This document shows, piece after piece, positions 41,501-53,636 of a stretch of 64,000 bases of DNA. Location: NCBI GenBank assembly GCA_030141605.1, contig JAQGDQ010000220.1, positions 163,786-227,785 on the forward strand. Direction: 5' to 3'. The notes beneath the pieces were generated by a model. The model ran no database searches and had not been told where the DNA came from. It saw only the letters and a list, made by a program, of their open reading frames with translations. Within the stretch, counting starts at the first letter, position 1. Every line of letters starts with the position of its first letter. The DNA comes from Tubiluchus corallicola. Its lineage: Eukaryota; Animalia; Priapulida. A program made the translations under genes and the position numbers.

Positions 41501-44500
41501 TTACGAATACTACATTTATATAAATACTATATAAATATTTTATATATTCTATAAAAAGCCGGTCCAGATCACGTGACCTAATTTGAGTCTAAAAAATGGA
41601 TGGCCGACATTACCCCACTATAACATACATACATGTACATATTACATAGGTTATCTTAAATCACTTTAATTTCTAATTTTCTTTTTAAATTTTTGTCCAA
41701 TCATAGCAAAATCTTATATGAATCAAAAGAGATCTTTAGCAATTCTTTTTATTTTTTGACTGGAACACCGTTTCTATGGCGATGATAGTAACGTTAGAAA
41801 GAGATGCACCAACTGAAGTTCAGCAGATATTAAGAGCTCCATATGGAGTATGGACAACACTATTCTCACTATTAACAATGTTGTTTTTCAATAAGGTCCT
41901 GCCCTTCCTCACCACTCGCGAGCTGTGAGAGACTTTCCTAATGCAAGATGCCCGACTTTTCAGATTTTTGTCAAATTTGACTAAAAGAAGTGTCTAAGGT
42001 TAAAAGTTCATCTGTGGCGTTTTTAAACATTATTCTTTGCTTGTTAAAAATATGGAAAACGTGTGACCTATGAGACACCCTGTATACAAACAAAACCGAT
42101 AGGAAATGTTAATTTAAAAGGTACAATAAGGTTTTTATCATGATTATAAAATTAGAAAACTAGAGTCTGCATAATTAAATGGTTTTAATTACCTGCTATA
42201 TTAACTCCGGTGACAACGACTGCCAAAATTAAAAATCCAAAACTACCAAAACCGCAAACCTAAAATTATGGATTTGAATAATTCAACACTTCAACCAAGC
42301 ATTTTTTATTATTAAATTGTGTTTGAAAGGTCATAGAATGAGCACAATTTTTAAACAGATTATTAGCATTTCTACTGCAGAACAAAATCAAGCAATACGC
42401 AAAACCTTTGCGAGACCGCTTTCTATGGTTGGAAAATTTATTCGAAAATCTTAAAAACTTCGAATTCAGTTTTAAATTCAGTTCTTTTTGAATTCGAAAG
42501 TCAAAAACACGATCAGATTCAATTCGTTTTTTTGATAGAGAATGCTCACCCCAATAAAAAGCTGTTTGCGCACAAGACAAACGTACATTTGGTGACAATT
42601 TGTAATGTGTATGAGCTTATACAGAGTATCGATTCAACCCACCACGCTTCTCATTCAGCTTAACTTCGCAAAAAACCACCAGGGGTCGTTTAAGACAACA
42701 CTGTCGCACAAGAGTAGAAATGGTAGGCAAACAGAGGCGAACACGAACACCTGGAATTCTGTTGTTGATCTAAAACCTTCCCAAACAAACCACCTTCGCA
42801 GACAATGTTGACGAAGAAGAAAAGGTGCAAAAGCGCGTCGTTGTTTTCGGGCAATTTTTAGCATATTTTAAGACAACAGGATGGGATTGTGGAAAAACAC
42901 TTGCCCCACACACTTCACTACCTGTTTGTTTTCATTAAAACCTGTTGGCTCAGTGAAAAAACCTTGTCAAACTGCTGGCAATGAATTCTTCACAACAGAG
43001 CCTTGCCAATGGAGCTTTCTTGAAGGAAAAGTTTATAAGGTATCCACATGTGTTTGTTGAACCCAATTAAACTGCCTCATCTAGAAATTAGGTCCGACCA
43101 GCTGGTAATTTAACATACACACCGAGTCTGGACTTTTTCCCGTCTCGGTCCTACTGTTCACATTATGTCCGACTTCCATGGACATTTTTCGTGCCTCAGA
43201 GCCCGCTTAATCAGATATTGTCACTTTGCCAGCTATTGTCACGTTTGGTTCTTTGCTCTGCATGTCACACAAAAACAATCGAAGATAAAGGGTGGACATA
43301 TAGGAAGATAACGGGTGGACATATATAAGGTCGGTGAAGCGAAAGAAAACTTCCCTTCTCACAAACTTGAACCAAGTGTCTGTAACGTACATTTTGCAGA
43401 CTAAACAGAAAAGACCTTAATCTGTCCTTAAGTTTTTCTGAAATGCTTACACTGTATTAAATAAGTTGTAAAAATTTTTGTATATCTGAAAATGTGGATG
43501 TTATTCACAGCACGTGGTGCCACTTCTAAAAGCAGAATCAATACCTAGTGACCCTTTAAAGATGATACCCAGATTAATTTATACATATGATTTTTACAAT
43601 AAACTGCGTATCAACCATGTCAATACGCATTCACGCCAGAAATAAAAGAGAAGACAACCAGTTGCGCAATTTATGAACCATCTCATCTCTAAAGAGCTAA
43701 TTCTAACTGCTGGTTGAACCATAAATAGCGTCCCGTCAGACGCGTGGCCACTGATGGAGATGATTCATGCCTAGGCTAATTTGTGCTAATCTGGCAAAAC
43801 TCTGTTTGCACATTGTATTACTGCGCCCGATCAGCCTTCACATGGACAAACACTAACTGAAACGGTTCATGTAACAATTCTACAAGACTGAAAAGCAAGA
43901 TCAGAAGAAATCTACGTCTAAACTTACAAAAAACAAAACTAATAAATTGGATTACCCTGATCGAAAATAATATTGGATTAAACTGGAAAACGTAATAAAT
44001 ACTTATACATTATTTTGTATGAACAAAAATAACTGTACCGTTTGAATATTTAATTGTACTGGGTGATGTATTTTGTGCTTATTGTAGTAACGTGTGTCAA
44101 GATACGCATGTATATTTATTACTTGTATGACATGTATTATTTTATATACGAGTTATATGAATAACTGTATTTGTAAGAGTGTTTGTTTTTTAGATATGTG
44201 CATTTTACTGTAGCCTATATTTTATTTTATTTACTTGTGTATTATACTCTCATACTGGCTCGCAGTTCTATTCTTTTCAGGCCAGGCGTTGCAATATTGC
44301 GCATTAACAGTGTACACCATTCATTACAAGAAAACACCAAATGATGTATCATATTGTATAAAGTATGCAATCATTATTTTACCGCAAATAAATAAATAAA
44401 TATATATACATAAATTAGTTGTAGTGTTTCTTTCATATATGTTTCTAAATAAGAAGTAGAATTTCGACAAAAGTTTGTTTACAAAAATATAAATGAACAA

Positions 44501-47500
44501 ATAATAGTATAAATAATTAAGTAATATGTACATTTTCTTTCCAGTAGTGGAGTTGTAGTTCATAATTTCGCTTCAAAAAATTAATTAATGGGTGTCTGTT
44601 TCATAGGTTAGTAGATACTTGAAAGTGTTCTCAGAATTCATCATTATTCACTTATTCCATATTTAACTTGAAATATGTTAAAATTATAAAATGTGGCTAT
44701 GATACAAAAATTTTGGAATTTTTAACTGCCACTATATTGTGCACTAAAATGGTAATTTCCATCGCAGTCTATCGTCGTTATTGATTTTATTTCGAGCCTA
44801 AAGATTCTGAATTTTTTTAGATCTCAATGGCCAATATACGTATTTTACAATCGTAAAATTTTATACCCTAATCATGGCCATTGTGAACTATTGTATATAC
44901 ATAAAATCAAAGCAGAACAAAGAGTCAAACGGGGGCGGTTATAAAATGCAAAAACCGGCACAAATTTTTTACGCTTATTAATAAAATGGCCTGATTTGAC
45001 GCCACCGCACACAGTGAAATATGCAGATTTTTACCCGCCATAAAATATGTGTCGTGAAAACAGAAACTAACAAATTGCACTTTTGCTTTAAATGATTCAA
45101 TCAGTGTAACTCATAGAAGCCGCAGGGGGAATATTTTCACTCACACAATTTAAAATTCGTGATTTGCAGGCATTTCAGACGCCAGTGGAACAAATTAATT
45201 TATAACATGGAAATAATACTAATCAATTTGTTAAAAGTATCACTGAAACAGCCTGCTATTAGCGGCTCTTGTAGATTTTTGGTTTCAGGTGTGTAGTAAT
45301 AAATCATTTTTAGACGTAGATAATTGGCAACCAATTTTTCTTTATTGCGTGAAGGAAGAGATCGTACCGTGAACTAAACTAACCCATCTTTCTACGAATT
45401 GACCTAGTTATATCCTCTTGAGCTGTATCGAAGCCAATATATAAAAGGAAGGATTTTAATTTCTCGACAGCTGCTGAGCCTGTTATACGCGCAATTTAAA
45501 CACATTTTAGAAGTTTGGTTTTCACTTTTAAAAACTTCCCTCGAGAGAACTTTTAAGCGAAGAAGGACTATAGAAGATGGTGCACGGACAAAGCGAGCGG
45601 CGCACAAGAGTGGAGAAACACAGTTCGCGATCTCAGCAGGACTCCACCTGACGGAAGATGATTAAAAACTAACACGATTACGTACAGCTACACTTTTATT
45701 TGTTTCAGAGGTCCTGGCATAGCAGAACAGAAAATGTTTAATATACGTAATTTGTCAAATTTGAGAAGTTACCATGACGTCAGAGGGCCCATTTTTGAAG
45801 AATTTCGAAGCTTTACTGAAGCATTACGAAACTTAATTCATGAACAGGATGAACTTAACGAGTGGTTTTTTGTTTTATTTTTATTAAGACAATGATTTTG
45901 CGCATTCGTATTTCTTTTCCTACTTTTTGTATAGAATATAAGACAAATATTCTTAAAATGGTGGCGTCTATTAGCTAATTCATCAGTTTAAAATTGGAAA
46001 TTTTCTTAACTAGCATTACTAGAAATATGAACTCTGCCCAGACTGAGATTACATGTAGTAGAAAATTCATAGGTCTTGCCTTAATGTACCGAACCGAAAC
46101 GCTTCCAATTTTTGAACATATTTAATACACCTACAACAAAACCATTTTAACTTACCTTGTCATTTATATATTCATAATACACGAACTCAAATTTAAATTA
46201 TACACTTTTGACTGTAAAACCAGGAGAATCAAAATCCAAACAAACAAAGATGATTCTACACTGATTTGACTGCCAAAATTTATGCGTATTTTTAATAACT
46301 GCTTCTGGACAACTCTTTCGATTATTTACGTCTTCGTTTTCCAAAAGTTATAGTTTAAAAGGTAAATAAACGCATTCTACAGTTTGTTCACTTTTAGTAT
46401 ATGTAACTTATTCACAAGTTTACACACGTTATTCAATAGCTTTTCTGCATAGTGCGGCTCACTACAAGCCAGATTGGGCATGACGAAGGACAACCCTATA
46501 AAATGATCCACTGAACCGACAGAGGTGCCTTAGCCACGTTTGGATGTACACACATTTGCCCTCAACAAAGCAAACAGCCAGAATCAGTATGGCAAATGAA
46601 AATTGCCAAAGTGTGTATTGAACCCACGAGCCATTCACGTGAAGCGCGGAAGCACGACCACTCAGATATGAAGCATTCCACGAAAATATAATTTTAAGCA
46701 GTAGTTACAAATTACCCCAATGATTCCCTTTGTGAAATACCACAAGCCACCACAAGCACCACCACCCCTATTATTAGTACTACTATTACCACAGCTAGAG
46801 GTTTACCTAATTTTCCATTTTGTAAACATTCCTTGCTATAGCTCAATTAATGCAGCACAAACTCACACGGATTTCGCAACAGTAATCGCCGTTGACGTCT
46901 TGTGACGTCACGCCACATTACGAGAAACCCCACTCGCAGCCAGGGGGCACTCCAGATGACACTAATCAGCGAAAATGCGGCGGAGAGCCGGCTTGATGCT
47001 AATTAACGCTGACTCATTCATTTTAAGCAAACAGCTTCAAACACAACACTATACACTTCAAAGACACGTCTCCAAGATGATTTCATTATAGGCAAGATCT
47101 TGCTAGGCAGAGATGCGGTAATGTAAATGAGTTTAAGTTATCACCAGCAGGCAAAGCTTCAGTTCTCTGGGAAATTCATTGAATCGTACACTGGATAGAC
47201 AAGTTAGCATAAGTTTTGTTAATTAATATGAGTAAAAAAACTCGCTTAATTTTATTTGGCGTATGTAACATTTAAAAAGCTTTTAGAATGTGGCCGCCTA
47301 CAGTTAAGGATCTAGGTAGATCTAGATTAAAGATCTGTTTTTTTTCTCCTGACCTACTTCTATGCACGACTTATCCCACGCTGCACGTTTCCAATACTTC
47401 AAGCTTTTCAATATAACAACCTTATAACCTATAAATGGATAGTTCACTTTGGGCAAATTCCAAACTCACCCGTTTGTGCTTGTGTAGCCACCAGATGTCG

Positions 47501-47623
47501 TACGGAAGTTGAAAGTCCTCTTCATTTTCCAACATGTCCGCACCGTCCTCCTCGGGAGGAGGCAGAAGCGGAACGCGGGGGAATGCGTCCTCGTTGTCGT
47601 CATCACTGTCGCCATTGTTATAG
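11218..47623 (-). CDS. ASH1L: Histone H3K36 methyltransferase ASH1L/Ash1, 5'-partial, 19 exons (about 942 aa)
   Basis: Domain order FQLPYDIWW - AWS - SET ([21 protein letters not shown]) - post-SET ([10 protein letters not shown]) - bromodomain - PHD - BAH - C-terminal RLNxxLLxLL...VDVTYLLE is diagnostic of ASH1L. Exon lengths sum to 2830 nt with consistent phases. Confidence 0.97.
12300..12622 (-). mobile_element. tRNA-derived SINE with a tandemly duplicated body of about 111 bp
   Basis: Minus strand: A box TAGCTCATTGG, B box GGTTCAATTTCC, then GGTCATACCAAAAATTAAAAAAATGATACC; second copy at about 37296-37480. Confidence 0.8.
12651..12806 (-). CDS. ASH1L: ASH1L penultimate exon
   Basis: [13 protein letters not shown]...[18 protein letters not shown]|gtgag. 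Confidence 0.9.
13881..13953 (-). CDS. ASH1L: ASH1L exon, post-BAH
   Basis: [24 protein letters not shown]|gtaagt. Confidence 0.93.
14152..14333 (-). CDS. ASH1L: ASH1L exon, BAH
   Basis: [31 protein letters not shown]...[21 protein letters not shown]. Confidence 0.96.
14476..14560 (-). CDS. ASH1L: ASH1L exon, BAH
   Basis: [28 protein letters not shown]. Confidence 0.95.
14811..15054 (-). CDS. ASH1L: ASH1L exon, BAH domain with S/T/P-rich loop
   Basis: GDCVYLLRD...[14 protein letters not shown]. Confidence 0.95.
15330..16200 (-). pseudogene. Decayed non-LTR retrotransposon (CR1/L2-group) ORF2 3' fragment
   Basis: [13 protein letters not shown]...YWYLGSPI (RT thumb), ...KVLLGV, and [12 protein letters not shown]...[20 protein letters not shown] (C-terminal Cys/His motif), with stops and frameshifts. 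Confidence 0.85.
16353..16504. repeat. (ATT)n/(ATTATG)n microsatellite
   Basis: Directly visible; source of the poly-I/poly-N pseudo-ORFs. Confidence 0.97.
16685..17316. mobile_element. Harbinger-like MITE, second copy
   Basis: GGCAGGACTCCATGT ... ACATGGAGTCCTAC; internal similarity to 7490-8128. Confidence 0.8.
17363..17453 (-). CDS. ASH1L: ASH1L exon, PHD-BAH junction
   Basis: [31 protein letters not shown]. Confidence 0.93.
17906..18090 (-). CDS. ASH1L: ASH1L exon, PHD finger
   Basis: [31 protein letters not shown]...YACELC (C4HC3). Confidence 0.97.
18539..18710 (-). CDS. ASH1L: ASH1L exon, end of bromodomain
   Basis: [39 protein letters not shown]...KSE. Confidence 0.9.
18875..19320. 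repeat. 40-bp minisatellite, about 11 copies
   Basis: Unit GAGCATGTACATGCCTCAGCAGTCAGCAGTGTATGAGTAT at 19083, 19123, 19163 and onward. Confidence 0.95.
19403..19535 (-). CDS. ASH1L: ASH1L exon, bromodomain
   Basis: [44 protein letters not shown]. Confidence 0.96.
20264..20471 (-). CDS. ASH1L: ASH1L exon, start of bromodomain
   Basis: [26 protein letters not shown]...ARLAQVF...LVNLPSKKK. Confidence 0.95.
20885..21098 (-). CDS. ASH1L: ASH1L exon, linker
   Basis: [42 protein letters not shown]... Confidence 0.9.
21629..21784 (-). CDS. ASH1L: ASH1L exon, post-SET
   Basis: [22 protein letters not shown]...KDGKKP|gtaagt. Confidence 0.95.
22160..22255. repeat. Degenerate (CAG/CAA)n tract
   Basis: gcagcaacagcaatagcaacaacaataacagc... 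Confidence 0.85.
23240..23395 (+). mobile_element. Left end of a TTAA-type element; homolog at about 56034-56185
   Basis: ttaaAGGGAAGAACAAGTCACT...GGGTTTAT...GAAATTTGCAAA...AATTTTCAG shared by both loci. Confidence 0.6.
26365..26517. repeat. (GA)n microsatellite
   Basis: Directly visible. Confidence 0.98.
27316..27789 (+). mobile_element. TTAA-type MITE family B, copy 1
   Basis: Shared core GTCACCTGGTAAAACAGTA...TCACCAAAAACACA...TTAAATTTACAAGTTTTATACAGTGTTACTG; ends GTGTTTTCTTG..|ttaa. Confidence 0.75.
29082..29479. mobile_element. hAT-like MITE rich in TTCGAA
   Basis: TIR TAGGAGTGAGCAT / ATGCTCATCCTCA; degenerate 8-bp TSD gtgatgac/gagctgac; partial copy at about 42263-42553. Confidence 0.75.
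31571..31682 (-). CDS. ASH1L: ASH1L exon, SET C-terminal part and autoinhibitory loop
   Basis: [37 protein letters not shown]. Confidence 0.96.
32028..32480 (+). mobile_element. MITE family B, copy 2
   Basis: Colinear similarity to 27316-27789. Confidence 0.75.
34461..34942 (+). mobile_element. MITE family B, copy 3
   Basis: Colinear similarity; ends GTGTTTTCTTGCGCT|ttaa. Confidence 0.75.
35260..35458 (-). CDS. ASH1L: ASH1L exon, SET core
   Basis: [17 protein letters not shown]...[21 protein letters not shown]. Confidence 0.97.
37296..37480 (-). mobile_element. tRNA-derived SINE, second copy of the 12.5-kb family
   Basis: Minus strand CCATACCAAAGATTTTAAAATGGTACCGCTAGTTCTTC...TCGAAGTAACA...TGGACC. 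Confidence 0.7.
37484..37719. repeat. Minisatellite of about 33 bp, about 7 copies
   Basis: CATGGCCTAACATGAATACAAAACATATGAGAA. Confidence 0.9.
37742..37896 (-). CDS. ASH1L: ASH1L exon, AWS and start of SET
   Basis: [52 protein letters not shown]. Confidence 0.95.
38662..38773 (-). CDS. ASH1L: ASH1L exon, AWS N-terminal part
   Basis: [38 protein letters not shown]; AG/GT flanks. Confidence 0.95.
39697..39748 (-). CDS. ASH1L: ASH1L 52-nt exon (pre-AWS)
   Basis: ttttcag|[17 protein letters not shown](N)|gtaagt. Confidence 0.9.
39894..40474 (-). mobile_element. Family C element, inverted copy
   Basis: Reverse-complement similarity to 3302-3917; TTAA at both flanks. Confidence 0.75.
40495..40928 (+). 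mobile_element. Family C element, 5'-truncated copy
   Basis: GAGCACAGCGGTAAA...CTTCAATTTTCGCTTTCGCAA...AAAATCGTCCAGTTTTGCT|ttaa. Confidence 0.8.
41436..41620. mobile_element. Short TA-flanked MITE (Tc1/mariner-like)
   Basis: TIR TGGGGTAATGTCGGTCA / TGGCCGACATTACCCCA. Confidence 0.75.
42263..42553. mobile_element. Truncated copy of the 29082 hAT-like MITE
   Basis: AAAATTATGGATTTGAATAATTCA...ATGCTCACCCC. Confidence 0.7.
46455..46680 (-). mobile_element. Probable degenerate tRNA-derived SINE of a different family
   Basis: Minus strand TATCTGAGTGGTC ... GTGGGTTCAATAC, with A/B-box-like spacing. Confidence 0.45.
47470..47623 (-). CDS. ASH1L: ASH1L exon with FxLP (MRG15-binding) motif
   Basis: YNNGDSDDD...[21 protein letters not shown]|gtgagt. 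Confidence 0.92.
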
Positions 47624-47802
47624 CTAAAACAAAGAAACAATTACATACGTAAACAAAATAACTTGGTAACATACGATCTGTGTGAAACATGTTACAAACT
47701 CTATTGTCTATAGTGTTATTTTTCCATTAAAATAATTTAAGTTTTTTGCAAGACTTATAGAATCTCCACTGACGATTACATTTGCTAAAGATATCCTTTA
47801 CT

Positions 47803-47855
<53 letters not shown>

Positions 47856-47868
47856 GGGGGAGAGAGAG

Positions 47869-47932
<64 letters not shown>

Positions 47933-47938
47933 AGAGAG
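47803..47938. repeat. (GA)n microsatellite
   Basis: Directly visible. Confidence 0.98.
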
Positions 47939-49088
47939 GTTTCAAACATATTCTGAAAGACCGAGTAAAGCCTCACTACAAATCATTCTAGAGCCGTTCT
48001 AGTCTTATTATGATGTTTAAGAGCTAACTATGTACTGCTTAACAAATACAGAAGCAGCCTATTTTATTGGGTGACACAGAAAACACAGCCTCTCCGTGCT
48101 ATTCTTACTATGCCCAATATTCAAGTTCGGACCATTAAATTGTTTTTCACATAACAATTTACTAGTGACAAAAATGAAACTTACACTGCACAAAAGGCTT
48201 AATAACAAACTGATCAATGGAAACAATTTCGCTAATTCTTGAAACAGAAATATTAGCCAAAAGGTTAACGAAAAGTGCTGGATGCAATGAAATAAAATAA
48301 AATAAAGTGCAGAGAATATAATTATTTCACAACTACGTATTACAACTACATGAGACAATTTATGTAATCACTTTAATTTCATTTTTTCATAAAACTTGCT
48401 GGTTTGTATTTAGGTGAACGTGTGTGAGTGATAAAACAGTGTTATTTATTTATTGTAAAGGCGTAAACTTATCAATAAACTAGACAGAAATATTTAAATG
48501 GCTTTATTTAGGCCTACAACAAACAAGACTTTCATTTAAATAAACTTCAAAGGCAGGTTTATATATACGAAACGCAAACAAACTAAAAATGATATTAATA
48601 TAGTTTGCTGATTGTGCAGGATATAACTGTTTATTGTAGTAACAGATTAAACTAAAATCAATTTTGTAAGAAGTGAAATTTATTGCTTCACAAGTTCAAA
48701 TGCAGTACACTGAAAGTGTACGGTCTATTTTCGAAATTCAAGGGAAAATATCTTATTAAATTAAAAATTATGCATTAAAAACGATGAGTTCAAAAGCCAG
48801 AGTTTCTAAATATCAGGAAAAAAGCGTTTTTGCACAAATAACTACTAATTAAAAACGATAACTCGGACCTTTTTGGTAAACAATACTTTTTAAACAAATT
48901 TTTAAAAATTCAAATTTCAATATGGCGATTTTTGAATGCAAAATTAGTTTAGTACGTAATCTTTAGTTAAAAAAACATTAAAAACATTTGCAAGAAAATA
49001 TAAAATGTGAAAGCAGGATAAAACATACACACAGCACAGAATAAAATTTTACAGATTGAAAGGGCCATTATAGTAAGATTGTCTGTAC

Positions 49089-49460
49089 GTATAAACCTGT
49101 ATAATGTACATTTACATACTCAGGTATGACACCAATGATTATTGCATCAAAGCTTACATGTGTACTTGAGTTGTAAATGTGGGTATAAATATGTATAACG
49201 TACATTTGCAAACTCAGGTATGACACCAATGATTATTGCATCAAAGCTTACACGTGTACTTGAGTTGTAAATGTGGGTATAAATCTGTATAACGTACATT
49301 TACATACTCAGGTATGACACCAATGATTATTGCATCAAAGCTTACACGTGTACTTGAGTTGTAAATGTGGGTATAAATCTGTATAACGTACATTTACAAA
49401 CTCAGGTATGACACCAGTGATTACTGCATTACACCTTACACGTGTACCTGGCTTGTAAAC
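49089..49460. repeat. 94-bp tandem repeat, 4 copies
   Basis: CAGGTATGACACC at 49121, 49215, 49309, 49403. Confidence 0.95.
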
Positions 49461-52400
49461 GATGCCATGTGGAAAATATCCTATTTGCCGTGTCACCCCC
49501 ATGGACATATATATGGTAATGTAGTTGCAGCACGGCTTGACAAATGTAAATGTGTTTCATTTTATTTCCAACTGGAACCCGTTTGAGCTGAGAAATTATC
49601 ATTGCAAATTTCGAAGCAAAAGGCTAGGCATGGTTTTTCTCATCCAAGACACACACAGTGCGGCTACCATGTTGGCTGCAGCAAGCGGAGAGGACGAGGA
49701 GCATGATCTTGTGAAAATCATGGTTATAGTCGGTTCGTAACCGGTTCAGCATCAGTGTGGTTATTGCTGGATTACTAGATGCAGAAGTGGTCTTGGCAGG
49801 CGATTTGCTAAAGTTGACAGAATGTTGCACGATTTGAGAGGTACGAAGCGATTAATCATCGAAGAGCATTCGAGATGTATAAAGACGGATCATCAAGCAC
49901 TTTATTACATGGAAAACGCTACGACAGAGTTGGTGAAAAATAAAGTATGGTTCACACGAAAAATAGATTACTAACTAAGAAAATGTATGTCGTGTGAATG
50001 GGTTTAAATTACTAATGAACGGCAACTGTGTCAACTGTTACAGTGATAAGTTTTAGTTTCCTAAATTTTGAAGGAGAAATAACCGCTAATAACTGTGCAG
50101 GTATGCACTTACTTCTATATGTTACGTATGTTCTTCTATATAATATTTCATGCTAAGCAATACAATTTTGTAAAAATTTCTGGAATAATAAAAAGAAACA
50201 ATTTTTGTGACAACGCTTCTTTACCAAAATAGCTTGATTTTTTCCATCTGGTGCATTATTTAAATAACAGACCAGCCGCAGACGATCATTTGTTATTACT
50301 GGAAATTTCGTTGTATGAAAGAATGCAGTTTCAAATCACATTCAAAGGTGAATATGGCAACGGCAATACGATAAACTATCCTGACATGACTGATAATCAA
50401 CTTCGATTTTTTTTCAGTTTTTAGCACGCTCATCCCTATACATTCCTAAATAAAAATTCTATTTCGTAGTTCTGATGGCACCTGCTAGGTAGTAACAATA
50501 TATCTGTAATATCTACCTGTCATTGGTACATGATGTATTGTTCACCTGAGGCATAGAGAACGCTTAACAAGCTACATGTCTGAGTTTAATGTCAAATTAT
50601 GTACTAGACACCTTGTAGGTGCTCAGTTCATGGTAAACTTCAAAAGTTTAAGCATAACTTGAATCTTTGCGTTTTTAATTTTTTCACAAAGCTATGAAAC
50701 GTTGCATTACACAAAATTTGTTTTCATAATATTTTTTTAGGGGGGGGGGAGGATTTTCACGGACAATTTTTTAACAAATTTTCTTGGTACAGAACTATTA
50801 CACAGGTTAAATATTAACGCACGGATTTTATAATTTTCACAAAATAGGATGTAGGGCCTAAATGAAAAAAGCAGCATAAGGAGTATAAATTTCTCACTTT
50901 TAAAGTAAGTCGATATAACCATTTATTAATTCATTATGAATTTCTTACAATGTGTTCTGTAAAAATTTTGCCTGCATGATTATGTTTTTTCATTTACATC
51001 GATACCATGATCGCAAAAGCGTTTTAAGAATCAGAAAGCAAGTGTAAAATTGCCTTATAAGGCAACGTAATATTAAGTACCTGTGAATTATACAGTTTTA
51101 CTCTTAATTGCTATAAGTTGAAAAAGCAAAACAACAGAAGCACTTCAAGCAAAAATTATGCCCTTCAGACGAACGGAATTTCATTTAGCAGCCAAAAATA
51201 TTCTATTACCTGTGATAAAGAAATGAGGTACACTTAGTAAATGTTACTCTTACAGTCTATCATTGCCTTATCAACAAAGTGTATATCAAACACAGTTAAT
51301 TATTTTCTCACATTACATATACAGTCACAAAATCTTAGTTAAAAAACTACAAGTTCTTGTTGTTTTTATAGTGTGACAAAACAAAAAAATACACTTAAAA
51401 AATATTTAAAAATCAAACAATAATGTGGAGTAGTTTTTAAAAATGCTTTTAAAAATTTCTGATGTTGTATCATTAGAAAAATCCATCGTTATCACTCATC
51501 AGCAAAAAATAAAACTGTACTTAAAAAATTCAGAAACACTGAAAAAATGTTAAAAGTTATTTGAGAAATTGTTTAACCTTTGCCTTCTAGAAACTGCAAG
51601 AATTATATAGTTTTTAGCTAACTAATTAGCTAACAGTTAAAATTCGTGTAAAATCCTTTCATATAATTAATCGCATTCTGCAGCACCATAATTAAATAAT
51701 ACTTCAAAGGGGTTGATTTTACCATGAAACCGTCTTTAACATGGGTAAAATAAACTGCTGTGGAATTATTCTGTGTAATTTTTAAATTCAGCAACGTACT
51801 GAAGAAATTCACTAGAGTACCAAATTATAGAATGAGTAATGAGTGGCGGATAGAAATATAGAACAGGAACGAGTAATAAATATATGAACGAATTAGTAAG
51901 TAAGAAAATTAACGAATACAAGCATGAATAAGTAATAAACCAGTGAATGAATGGAAAAAATAAATGAAAGGACGAATGAGTCGATAAAAATTAAATAAAA
52001 AATTGGAAAACGCAAGCAAAATTCTAGCAAAAACAAATAAATAAATAATTTCAACTGAGAATCTGGTGTCAAACCAGAAAAATATGCAAGTGAATAAGCA
52101 TATAAATACCTAAATAAACACACCAAAAATCAACCAATTAAACAAGCAAAAACAAGTAAACAAGATCAAAAATAATAAATAAATGGAGGTTTATTTTTCA
52201 ATAGCAGGACGGTACATAGACTATATAGGACCACAAGGGAAAAAATGTCCTACGAAGAATAAGAGAGAGAAATTCAGCCATTAAACCTACGCTGCGTTAT
52301 AATGGATTGCGATAATAAAAGGTCGGTACAATGGATATTTGCCCAAACTTCCTAAACACGCCGTGACAACCACAAAACTTTCCCAGCCGCTCCGTGTTGC

Positions 52401-53636
52401 CCCAGGTGAACATAGAGAGAACCTCTAACTTATTATAACCGTCCTTTAATGGCAAAGCAAAAGTACCTTCCACTCGGTTGAAATGTGAACAATCGCTCCG
52501 GTTTTGTCGGCGGAACGTTAATAAATCAGTCGTCGGTTTACAAACATGCGCAATTTCGCGTGAAAACACTCGCCCCGGTCAGGTAGGCTGAAGTACAGGG
52601 GAAATTTTCATCAAAAATTTTTTCATCACGTGAAAAACGTCCAAGTTGTACTGCTAGGGGCAAAACCATCATCCATCATTCAAGCTTGTGCGAGAGCGAA
52701 CAATGGTGTAATTTGATAAATGTAGCCATGCGGACAGAGAGTAATACAGCAAAATCAGAGTTACGTAACAAAGCGAGAAAAGATTAATCATACTACACAT
52801 TGCACAAAAATTCTTGTACTACGATTATCAGAAAATATATAAGATTCAGTAAATAAGTCGTTTAGATCATGTACGAAACTTATATTTCTAAAGATACACG
52901 GTGCACATAAAATACTTTGCTTTATACTTCTTTTTAAAAAGCCACAAAAATAATTTCTCTTAGTTATTGATATTAACACTACTGTGCTACGTAAGTTGAT
53001 ACAAATAAATAAATATTAAATCCGCCAATCCACAAATCCACTAATTCAGTACTATTAATTTAATAGTGGTTCACGATTATTTACATGGAATTCGGGTACT
53101 GTTGGCCACCCAGAGAACATACTGAAGCACTTACAGGAAATTAGCTGAAACCCATACAATTAATTATACAGAACTCTCTAAAGTATACAAACGTCTCAAA
53201 ATAAAACGCCTCTGCATAAATATTAGAAAAACAATAAAGTGCAAATTTCGTAATTTCGAATGTAAATTGTGAAATGAAAAGCTACAAAGTAACCCCAATC
53301 TGTGAGACTCGAACCAGCAGCAAATGAGCATTCCTTACCACGGATGCCAGCCGATATTGTTGCTGCATTCGCTTTAAACTGCTGTGTTTAGCATCGTTTG
53401 CTAATGAATACCTCTCGTGATATTAGCATAACATAAGAGAGATTAAACCTATATCTGTCCCATTTTAGTCGTATTCGCAGAAGATCATATTATATCATTC
53501 AAAATAGGCTACTACGGCACACTACTGCAATAGTATTATAACTGCTATAGTTAATTCACCACAATGACATCAGCTCTTACTTTTTTGTGAAATGGAACTA
53601 ATTGTTACATAATTAGTCTCTAAAATTTATTTGCAA

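Noticed and set aside
49624-49830. 68-aa ORF as the next upstream ASH1L exon
   Set aside because: No ASH1L similarity, it ends in a stop, and I saw no suitable phase-2 donor
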